From: Eubacteriales bacterium | GTDB lineage: Bacteria > Bacillota > Clostridia > Oscillospirales > QAKW01 | Direction of reading: 5' to 3' | Length of the DNA stretch: 64,000 bases | NCBI GenBank assembly: GCA_045657265.1 | Contig: JAZOSU010000001.1 | Location: forward strand, 2,653 to 66,652 | In this document: positions 39,761-49,745 of the stretch, piece after piece | How the letters are laid out: each line of letters opens with the position of its first letter | Position numbering within the stretch: position 1 is the first letter of the stretch | Translations under genes and position numbers: made by a program | The notes under the pieces: generated by a model | What the model was told of the DNA's origin: nothing | The model's database searches: none | The model's input: the letters and a program-made list of their open reading frames with translations, nothing else

Positions 39761-40495
39761 GTGAAAAAGTTTATTGCTGCATTTTGTGTAATTACACTGT
39801 TGATTTGCACTTTTTCTGTAAACATATTTGCAGAGCAGACGGAAGAAAAAACAGAAACCGATGTTTCGGCTGAAGTTCCAGAAGAAAATCAGCCTGAAGA
39901 GGATACAGAGGGGCAGCCTGAAACTACTGAAATTACTTTTGAAGACGTGGCAGATGATGCCTGGTACAAAGAATACGTAGACTATGCTGTCTCCAATAAG
40001 TTGTTTGAAGGTACTGACAAAAATCAGTTTTCTCCTGATATGACAATGACGAGAGCTCAGATAGTACAGGTTTTTGCAAATATCGCAGGAGTTGACACTT
40101 CTGATAACAGCAAAGAATCCAGATTTACTGACGTTGAAAAAGATAAATGGTATACTGCAGCTGTAATCTGGGCAGCAGAAAATAAAGTTGCAGAAGGTAC
40201 AAGTGATTATACCTTTGAACCAAACGACCCTGTAACAAGAGAACAGATGTGCGTTATGCTTGTAAACTACGTAGAAAACTTCCTTGGACAGAGTTTTCAG
40301 GGTACATCCGCAATTATTCCTTTCAATGATGACAAGGAAATAAGCGAATGGGCGCGTTATAGTGTATATGTATGTCGCAGAGCCGAACTTATTGACGGTA
40401 CAGGAAACGGAAGCTTTGAACCCAAAGCAGAGGCTTCAAGAGCCGCCTGTGCTACAATATTTACAGATTTTCATAAAAAATATATAACAAAATAA
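39761..40495 (+). CDS. secreted SLH-domain protein (paralog of 8215-9117)
   Basis: GTG start after GAGGTG. Signal peptide, acidic E/P/T-rich linker and three SLH modules (FEDVADDAWYKEYVDYAV...). Confidence 0.8.
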   Translation: MKKFIAAFCVITLLICTFSVNIFAEQTEEKTETDVSAEVPEENQPEEDTEGQPETTEITFEDVADDAWYKEYVDYAVSNKLFEGTDKNQFSPDMTMTRAQIVQVFANIAGVDTSDNSKESRFTDVEKDKWYTAAVIWAAENKVAEGTSDYTFEPNDPVTREQMCVMLVNYVENFLGQSFQGTSAIIPFNDDKEISEWARYSVYVCRRAELIDGTGNGSFEPKAEASRAACATIFTDFHKKYITK

Positions 40496-40560
40496 GAACC
40501 CGACCCTCACTGCGCAATTGAAATTGCGAGCGGGTACCCCGGAACCTTGTTGTGATTACA

Positions 40561-40577
40561 ATAAAAAATCAGACCCA
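40561..40577. repeat. left arm of the inverted repeat bracketing the 4HB/Kv unit
   Basis: ATAAAAAATCAGACCCA. Its reverse complement, with one extra A, occurs at 42070-42087. Confidence 0.6.
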
Positions 40578-40602
40578 TTTGAGCCGTACTCTTAAGGACA
40601 GT

Positions 40603-40637
40603 AAAAAAGCTGTGTAGAAAATTTCTACACAGCTTTT
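40603..40637. terminator. bidirectional intrinsic terminator between the SLH gene and the K+ channel gene
   Basis: AGCTGTGTAGAAA/TTTCTACACAGCT stem flanked by A6 and T4. Confidence 0.6.
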
Positions 40638-40748
40638 AATTTTGTCTTATACTGTAACAAGCAGGACATTTTGGCGCCCAAATGTCACTCGTTACGAGAA
40701 CCTAAAACCCTTTATAACATTTTTTATATTTCAACCTATTTGCAACTA

Positions 40749-41459
40749 TCACTCTTCTTTGTTAATCTCTGCGAGATAACCAGCTGTAATAACACCAGAT
40801 GGCAGTGCAATTATTGCAATGCCAAAAGCAGAAGATACCATTGTAACAATTCTGCCGATTGTTGTCACTGGATAAATATCGCCATAGCCAACAGTTGTTA
40901 GCGAGATGGTTGCCCAGTAAATAGCATCAAAAAAAGTCTCAAATGATTCCGGCTCAACATTATATATTACAAGTGCAGAAACCAAAATATAGGCAATTGC
41001 CATTGTTGCAACTGCAGATAAAACTTTTCTCTGCTTTTTAAACACACTTGTTATAATGTCAAAACTTTTTGAATATCTCAAAAATTTGAAAGCACGTAAC
41101 ACCTTTAAAGTTCTTAACAGTCTAAATAGCTTCAACAATCTAAAGCCACTGTTTAAGATGGAAACAGAAGGCAATATTGAAACCAAATCAATAATTGCCA
41201 TTGGTGTAATCGGGTAGATAAAGAAAGAAACCGCTGATTTTTTAAGTTTGTAATCTGCGGTTATCAACCGCAAAAAATAATCTAAGATAAAAATGCTTAC
41301 AGTTATGTAATCTATCCACCGAAAAACAGTGTTTGTTTCTTTAAAAGCCAGTGGAACAACACTTATAACGATAGTTGCCATCATTATAAAATCGTAAATA
41401 TTACTCAACTTACTGCCATTGTCTACCGGCTCAATTACTGAAAACAATTTCTTTCTCAT
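40749..41459 (-). CDS. voltage-gated K+ channel (6TM, Kv/KvAP-like)
   Basis: S4-like segment RLLKLFRLLRTLKVLRAFKFLR with basic residues at every third position. Selectivity filter TTVGYGD. 236 aa. Confidence 0.85.
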   Translation of the reverse strand: MRKKLFSVIEPVDNGSKLSNIYDFIMMATIVISVVPLAFKETNTVFRWIDYITVSIFILDYFLRLITADYKLKKSAVSFFIYPITPMAIIDLVSILPSVSILNSGFRLLKLFRLLRTLKVLRAFKFLRYSKSFDIITSVFKKQRKVLSAVATMAIAYILVSALVIYNVEPESFETFFDAIYWATISLTTVGYGDIYPVTTIGRIVTMVSSAFGIAIIALPSGVITAGYLAEINKEE

Positions 41460-41818
41460 AATTCACACCTTTTTGATTTTACTGTTTTAAGTGATGAAAT
41501 TAACATTCTGCGAATGGCACCACAATCGTTTTGAATATCTTTATAAGTTTCTTCAGTCATACATCCTGTCTCAAAAAGAAGTTCTAACCAATATTCCGTT
41601 TCATAACATTCTTTTTGAGCTATTTCAAGTTTTGAAATAAAATCTTTGGTTCCTTGAGCGTATTGTGCTTCATGTAAATTTGCACCGATAGAAGTTGAAG
41701 AACGAAGCAGTTGATTAATTAAAACTGATTCTTTATGAGTTGATTTCATATCACGGCAAAGAAAAACATTTTTCTTTGCAAACTCTTTTGCTTTATCTCT
41801 TAAAATACTATCAGCCAT
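41456..41818 (-). CDS. four-helix-bundle protein (TIGR02436 / 23S rRNA intervening-sequence protein / Avd-like family)
   Basis: QLLRSSTSIGANLHEAQ...KDFISKLEIAQKECYETEYWLELL matches my recollection of the family signature. ATG 41818 is preceded by GAGGTG. Its stop overlaps the K+ channel start as ATGA. Confidence 0.8.
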   Translation of the reverse strand: MADSILRDKAKEFAKKNVFLCRDMKSTHKESVLINQLLRSSTSIGANLHEAQYAQGTKDFISKLEIAQKECYETEYWLELLFETGCMTEETYKDIQNDCGAIRRMLISSLKTVKSKRCEL

Positions 41819-41837
41819 AGTTATCACCTCTAAATTT

Positions 41838-41866
41838 ATTATACATAAAAGCTGATAGTCTTTCAA
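41838..41866 (-). promoter_or_regulatory. consensus sigma-A promoter of the 4HB/K+ channel operon
   Basis: The minus strand reads TTGAAA (41866-41861), 17 nt spacer, TATAAT (41843-41838). The leader is very short. Confidence 0.55.
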
Positions 41867-42040
41867 GTTATATTCCGACTTTGTCGGAGTGATATTATTG
41901 CCTTGCGGCAATAGTGTTATTGAAACCTTGCGGTTTCAGTGGTATTTTGTTCGCCCATAACTGCCGAAGGCAATATCACTTGGACTTTAGTCCAAATATC
42001 ACTGCGTAGCAATAGAACTCGCCGCAAGGCGAATAAAACT
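41866..42040. repeat. mirror-symmetric array: 9-nt motif AGTGNTATT / AATANCACT alternating with six short GC stem-loops
   Basis: Motif copies start at 41866, 41888, 41913 and 41938 in one orientation, and at 41956, 41972, 41995 and 42033 in the opposite one. Hairpins lie at 41875-41887, 41897-41912, 41922-41937, 41963-41971, 41981-41994 and 42019-42032. Confidence 0.6.
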
Positions 42041-42068
42041 GGGGTTGTATCCTTACGGATACAACCCC
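42041..42068 (-). terminator. intrinsic terminator after the 42105-42524 gene
   Basis: The minus strand reads GGGGTTGTATCC-GTAA-GGATACAACCCC (12 bp stem) followed by AGTTTTATT. Confidence 0.55.
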
Positions 42069-42069
42069 T

Positions 42070-42087
42070 TGGGTCTGATTTTTTTAT
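42070..42087. repeat. right arm of the inverted repeat bracketing the 4HB/Kv unit
   Basis: TGGGTCTGATTTTTTTAT is the reverse complement of 40561-40577 apart from one extra T. Confidence 0.6.
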
Positions 42088-42104
42088 TTGCTTAACCCCT
42101 TGAT

Positions 42105-42524
42105 TTAAGGATGCTTAATTTGATCAAAGCTGTAATGTCCGTCAACACCGTCAGTTGTATCAGTAGTTATAACAACATAATAAGGATATGCAGCGTCAGG
42201 TACAAAATATCCTGAATTATATGTATTTCCTGTATGATTAACAGTAAGTACAAGCTGATCTTTTTGATACTTTCTCCATTGGTAAACTTTAGCAGTAACT
42301 GTACAGCTCTCCGGATTATCTACAGAAATATTCAAACGTGTTTCTACATCATCTAACGCGTAACTTATCTGTTTATCAGCATTAAACTTCGAGGAGTCTA
42401 TCGGTATAGAATAGCTGTTTCTCAAAGTTTTTGTCTCGAAAGCTGCTGATACAAAGATTGACATGGTGCAAATAAACAATATAACCATAATGATAGCTGT
42501 TAAAAATTTATTTGATTTTTTCAT
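42105..42524 (-). CDS. hypothetical secreted or membrane-anchored protein
   Basis: 139 aa with an N-terminal signal/anchor (FLTAIIMVILFICTMSIFVSAA) and a beta-rich remainder. No family recognised. Confidence 0.55.
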   Translation of the reverse strand: MKKSNKFLTAIIMVILFICTMSIFVSAAFETKTLRNSYSIPIDSSKFNADKQISYALDDVETRLNISVDNPESCTVTAKVYQWRKYQKDQLVLTVNHTGNTYNSGYFVPDAAYPYYVVITTDTTDGVDGHYSFDQIKHP

Positions 42525-42552
42525 ATTCCTATTTCTTTTCTAAACCTTGTTA

Positions 42553-42975
42553 TTACATATTTTCGTCATAAAGAACATCTAACTTATCGGTAAGAGGTCT
42601 AAAATAGTCTGTGTCGACTGTATATATGTATTTGTACTCCTTTGTCTGCCACCATATTGTAGAAGAGCCAAAGTCATATGATTTATATTCGCCGTCTTTA
42701 AATTTGACATCAAACCCATATGTCCAGCCGTCTGATGTGCCTGTTTCTTCACTGCTAATAATAGTTGCGCCTTGCAAATAATCTACAAATTCTTTTATTT
42801 CGTCTTTATCCGTTATATTTTCTCTATACTGCATTTTCGCAATTTGAATTTCCTCTATGTCATCTGCATTCCAGTCGGAGAATAGCTTTTCTTTTTTATT
42901 AGCCAAGCAACCCGAAACCAAAACAACTGGTAAAACTATACAAATAATTAAAGTAAATATTTTTGTGTTTTTCAT
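42553..42975 (-). CDS. hypothetical lipoprotein
   Basis: 140 aa with a lipobox (LVSGC) after a hydrophobic signal. No family recognised. Confidence 0.6.
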   Translation of the reverse strand: MKNTKIFTLIICIVLPVVLVSGCLANKKEKLFSDWNADDIEEIQIAKMQYRENITDKDEIKEFVDYLQGATIISSEETGTSDGWTYGFDVKFKDGEYKSYDFGSSTIWWQTKEYKYIYTVDTDYFRPLTDKLDVLYDENM

Positions 42976-43064
42976 TTTTTGTTTCCTCTCAATTATTTTT
43001 TAAAAATTTTGTTTTCAACCAAAAAGGCATACTAACCATTGGAATCATCCCCCATTTTTTATTG

Positions 43065-43114
43065 TCAAGGAAAAAGTGTATATTTCTCCCTCAAGGAAAA
43101 AATATATTTTCCCC
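43065..43114. repeat. imperfect tandem direct repeat (26 + 24 nt)
   Basis: TCAAGGAAAAAGTGTATATTTCTCCC followed by TCAAGGAAAAAATATATTTTCCCC. Each unit is itself a loose palindrome (GGAAAA...TTTTCC type). Confidence 0.8.
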
Positions 43115-43150
43115 TCTATAATATATAACAACTCTATAATATATAACAAC
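43115..43150. repeat. perfect 18 nt tandem duplication
   Basis: TCTATAATATATAACAAC occurs twice back to back (43115-43132 and 43133-43150). Each copy contains TATAAT. Confidence 0.9.
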
Positions 43151-43452
43151 CGAGAGCGGCATTTTGTGACAAAATAATTTTAAGTTTGTATGTTTCAACA
43201 AAAAAAGGACTTTAAATTTAGTACATATAACCAAACTATTAGTAAAAGTAATTTGTATTGGATATTATTTCATTTTTATATATTATAGCAAATAATAAAG
43301 TGATAGTAAAGACACAAAACGCAGTGAATACTGCTTGTATTCACGAGGCTTTTAACATAGAAACGGCGAAAATTTGTCTTTTATAAATAAGTTCGGATTA
43401 TTCTTGTTACCTTACGACAATGTTAACAACCTACTTTTCTATTAATAATCTA

Positions 43453-43481
43453 TTTACTTTTTATTAATGAAAGAGTATAAT
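43453..43481 (+). promoter_or_regulatory. candidate promoter of the atp operon
   Basis: TTTACT (43453-43458), 17 nt spacer, TATAAT (43476-43481). Confidence 0.35.
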
Positions 43482-43515
43482 TTGTAGTTAGATACAATAC
43501 CTTTTTTTAAAAGGA

Positions 43516-44355
43516 GTGAATATTAAAAGAAATATGAGCAAAAAACAAAAACTTATAAGTATTATCGTTTTTATTTCGGTAATGGTACTTTTGCTTATAG
43601 GTATTTTTGCACTGCCGTCAAAAGGCGGACATGCTTCCATTCAGGAAGTTATGCAAAACGAGGTTTTGCACGAAACTCACAAAATAAGCCTATTTGGTTT
43701 AATGGATGTAAACCCCGGTCTTATTTCAGCTTTTGTTGTGACAGGAATGATATTCCTGTTTGCGCTGATAGTGCGAATATTCGTAATACCTAAATTTACT
43801 ATTATCCCGAATAAATTTCAGCTACTTCTGGAACAAGCGGTAGGTCTGTTTGACGGACTTGCAAAATCCAACAGTCCTCATAACAGCGGCTTTATCGGTG
43901 CTTACGTGTTTGCGGCAGGTGTTTATATTTTTATAAGCACAATATTCGAGCTTTTTGGATTTCAAGCAGTAAACACCCTTGGAACATCCCAGACACTTCC
44001 CGCTCCTCTTGCTGATATAAACGGAGCAATTGCAATGGGCATTATGTCATACGGCATAATTCTCATAGGCGGAATTGTCACAAACGGACTAAGCGGAGCA
44101 GGACACGCTCTGAAAGATTTTTCACTACCCATATCTATGAGCTTCCGTCTTTTCGGAGCTATGCTCAGCGGTGCTTTGGTAACAGAGCTTGTATATCATT
44201 ATATGTCGCTGAGTTTTGTACTGCCGGTTATAGTCGGAGTACTGTTTACACTTATACACGCAGTTGTTCAGGCATACGTACTTACGATGCTTACAGCACT
44301 GTTTTTCGGAGAATGTACCAAACCACATAAAACACATAAAAAGGAGAAAAAATAA
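43516..44355 (+). CDS. atpB: F0F1 ATP synthase subunit a
   Basis: Polytopic protein with the conserved Arg in SMSFRLFGAMLSG. The start is uncertain: GTG 43516 overlaps the AAGGAG RBS, and ATG 43534 is 17 nt downstream of it. Confidence 0.85.
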   Translation: MNIKRNMSKKQKLISIIVFISVMVLLLIGIFALPSKGGHASIQEVMQNEVLHETHKISLFGLMDVNPGLISAFVVTGMIFLFALIVRIFVIPKFTIIPNKFQLLLEQAVGLFDGLAKSNSPHNSGFIGAYVFAAGVYIFISTIFELFGFQAVNTLGTSQTLPAPLADINGAIAMGIMSYGIILIGGIVTNGLSGAGHALKDFSLPISMSFRLFGAMLSGALVTELVYHYMSLSFVLPVIVGVLFTLIHAVVQAYVLTMLTALFFGECTKPHKTHKKEKK

Positions 44356-44356
44356 A

Positions 44357-44710
44357 ATGAAAAAAGCAATATTCTTATTTGTAATTATTATGATGATAGC
44401 TGCTCTTGCAATGCCTGTTTTTGCAAACGAAGCAAATGCACAGACCGAAGATGCCGCTACTGTTGAAACACAGGCAGAAGATATGACAAAATCACACAAA
44501 GCATATGCCGCAGGTATCTGCGTTGCTCTTGCTGCTGTTGCAGGTGCTATCGGTATGGCAATAGCAATATGCAAATCAAATGAGAGCATTGCACGTCAGC
44601 CTGAAGCTGAGGGTTCTATCAAATCAAATATGATGCTTGGTCTCGTATTTATCGAAACTGCGATCATCTACGCTCTTATCGTTGCTATTCTCATTATATT
44701 TGTTCTTTAA
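44357..44710 (+). CDS. atpE: F0F1 ATP synthase subunit c, possibly with an N-terminal extension
   Basis: C-terminal 75 aa form a canonical c hairpin (IARQPE loop, carboxylate in VFIETAIIY). ATG 44357 has a strong AAGGAG RBS and adds a signal-peptide-like 42 aa. The alternative internal ATG is at 44483. Confidence 0.85.
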   Translation: MKKAIFLFVIIMMIAALAMPVFANEANAQTEDAATVETQAEDMTKSHKAYAAGICVALAAVAGAIGMAIAICKSNESIARQPEAEGSIKSNMMLGLVFIETAIIYALIVAILIIFVL

Positions 44711-44723
44711 GGAGTGTCTTTAA

Positions 44724-45209
44724 ATGCCGCTTAATATTGATTTTCAACAAGTTCTTTTGCATATGCTGAACTTTGTTATTTTATTTGGCATATTATATTT
44801 TTTGCTGTACGGTCCTGTTAAAAAGTTTATGGACACCCGCTCACAGACCTATAAAGATATTGATGACCAGATAAACAAAAAACTTGAAGATGCAAATCAG
44901 ACTAAAGCCGAGTATGAGAAAAAACTCGAAAACGCTGACAATGAAATTGCCAAAAAACTTGCACTTGCTGAAGCAGAAGCAGAAAAACAGGCTCAGGAGA
45001 TTTGCAAACAAGCTAAATCCGATGCCGAAAAAATCATTTTGAAAGCAGAAGCAGAAGCAGAAAAAGAACGCATTCAGTTAATTGAATCTTCAAGAAAAGA
45101 AATAGCAGAATCTGCATCTGAAATGGCAGAAAAAATTGTTGCTCAGAGTATCCTTGACACATATAACCAGTTTATTTCTTCCGCCGAAAGAGGTAATAAA
45201 GATGCTTAA
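44724..45209 (+). CDS. atpF: F0F1 ATP synthase subunit b
   Basis: 161 aa with an N-terminal TM helix and a long charged helix (AEAEAEKQAQE...). Confidence 0.85.
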   Translation: MPLNIDFQQVLLHMLNFVILFGILYFLLYGPVKKFMDTRSQTYKDIDDQINKKLEDANQTKAEYEKKLENADNEIAKKLALAEAEAEKQAQEICKQAKSDAEKIILKAEAEAEKERIQLIESSRKEIAESASEMAEKIVAQSILDTYNQFISSAERGNKDA

Positions 45210-46904
45210 TGCAATAATCTATGCAAAAATTGCTCCAACAGAAGAGCAAAGCGCAAAAATTAAAAGTTTTCTCACTAAAAAATACGGTGAGAAAATAAAG
45301 CTTTCGTTTCATAGAGATGAAACCGTAATAGGCGGTTTTCGTCTTGAAGTAGAAACGGATATCTATGACTTTTCTATAACTGGCAGACTTGAACAACTTA
45401 AAACACATATAGAATCTCTCGGTGTAAAAGAAGATATCGTACCTCTTCTTAAATCAACTGCAAAAAACTGGACACCGAAAGTTCTTGCAGAAGAAATCGG
45501 TACAGTTACCGCTATTTCTGACGGAATTGCAACTGTTGAAGGGCTTCACAACGCTACATACGGTGAAATTCTTATGTTTCACGGCGGTGTACGCGGTATG
45601 GTTCAGAATATTACTCTGAAAAATGCCGACTGCATATTATTCGACGATAACGACGAAATTTCCGAAGGAACCAAAGTTAAACGTACAGGAAAAGTAGCAG
45701 GTATTGCAGTAGATGAAAAACTGCTCGGAAGAGTAATCGGTCCGCTCGGAAATGCAATTGACGGAGGCGGAGAAATACATTGCGAGGGTTATCGCAAAAT
45801 AGAACAATCCGCTCCGGGCATTACTGACAGAAGCCCCGTTAAAAGACCTATGGAAACAGGAATTCTTGCTATTGATTCCATGTTTCCTATCGGAAGAGGT
45901 CAGAGGGAACTTATTATAGGAGACCGTCAGACAGGTAAAACTGCTATTGCCCTTGATACTATTCTTAATCAGAAAGGCAAAGACGTTATCTGTATTTACG
46001 TCGCAATAGGTCAGAAAGCAAGTTCAGTTGCCCAAATCGTTTCAACACTTAAACAAAAAGGCGCTATGGATTATACAGTGGTAGTGTGCGCATCTGCCGC
46101 TGAAAGTCCTGCGCTTCAATATATTGCGCCCTTTGCAGGTTGTGCAATTGGCGAATATTTTATGGAAAAAGGTCAGGATGTACTTATTGTATATGATGAT
46201 CTTTCAAAACACGCAGTAGCTTACCGCTCACTGAGTCTTTTGCTTGGTCGTTCTCCCGGCAGAGAGGCATATCCAGGTGACGTATTCTATCTTCATTCAC
46301 GTCTTTTAGAACGTTCCGCACAGCTTTCAGACGAAAACGGCGGTGGCAGTATGACTGCTCTTCCTATCGTTGAAACTCAGGCAGGTGACGTATCTGCGTA
46401 TATACCAACTAATATAATCTCAATTACTGACGGTCAGATATTCCTTGAAAGTGACCTTTTCTTTGCAGGTCAGCGTCCTGCCGTAAATATCGGGCTTTCT
46501 GTTTCCCGTGTGGGCAAGGATGCTCAGACAAGTGCTATGAAAAAATCAGGGGGTACACTTCGTCTTGACCTTGCACAGTACAGAGAAATGAAGATATTCA
46601 CACAGTTTTCAAGCGACCTTGACGAGTCTGTAAAACGTCAGCTGATTTACGGCGGCGGTCTTATGCAGCTTTTACGTCAGGGCAGATATAAACCATACGC
46701 TCAGCATCAGCAGGTCATTCTGCTTCTTGCAGGAACTGCGCATCTTTTTGAAAACATTGCCGAGGATGATATCTGCGACAAAGCAGAAGCGCTTCTTGAA
46801 CATTTTAGCAAAGAACACTCTGCTATTTGTACCAAAATAGATAGCACAGGTAAACTCAGCGATCAGGAAAAACAGGAAATACTTAAAATATCAGGTGATT
46901 TCTT

Positions 46905-46917
<13 letters not shown>
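45202..46917 (+). CDS. atpA: F1 alpha subunit fused at its N-terminus to a delta (OSCP) C-terminal domain
   Basis: Residues 1-70 resemble the delta C-terminal half (APTEEQSAKIKSFLTKKYGEKIKLSFHRDETVIGGFRLEVETDIYDFSITGRLEQL). From about residue 72 on, a full alpha follows (GTVTAISDGIATVEGL, Walker A GDRQTGKT). One uninterrupted frame; ATG 45202 follows GAAAGAGG. Confidence 0.85.
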
Positions 46918-49612
<2,695 letters not shown>

Positions 49613-49631
49613 TAAAAAGTGATGGAATTTG

Positions 49632-49685
49632 AACCGACCTCCCTATCGTTAGATTTTTGGTCTAACGATAGGGAGGTCGGTTTTT
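49632..49685 (+). terminator. unusually long hairpin terminator after the atp operon
   Basis: Perfect 22 bp stem AACCGACCTCCCTATCGTTAGA (49632-49653) / TCTAACGATAGGGAGGTCGGTT (49661-49682) running into a T-run. Confidence 0.7.
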
Positions 49686-49745
49686 GCATGTTAAAATAGC
49701 TCCTAACAGAATTAACCGCCGTTTTAACACCTCTTTCCCTCATCA

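Noticed and set aside
40581-40603. GAGCCGTACTC resembling the 5' half of a group II intron domain V
   Set aside because: The complementary 3' half (..GTACGGTTC) is absent. No intron-encoded protein or other intron domains are nearby.
39761-42105. Possible diversity-generating retroelement, suggested by an Avd-family four-helix-bundle gene and GC-rich hairpins just after the 3' end of a surface protein gene
   Set aside because: There is no reverse transcriptase ORF anywhere in the window. There is no template/variable repeat pair with adenine-specific differences. The SLH protein C-terminus is an anchor domain, not a C-type lectin or Ig-like variable domain.
49621-49685. tRNA-like T-loop string GGTTCAAATTCC on the minus strand after atpC
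   Set aside because: No acceptor, D or anticodon arms can be folded. The sequence is simply one arm of the 22-bp terminator hairpin.
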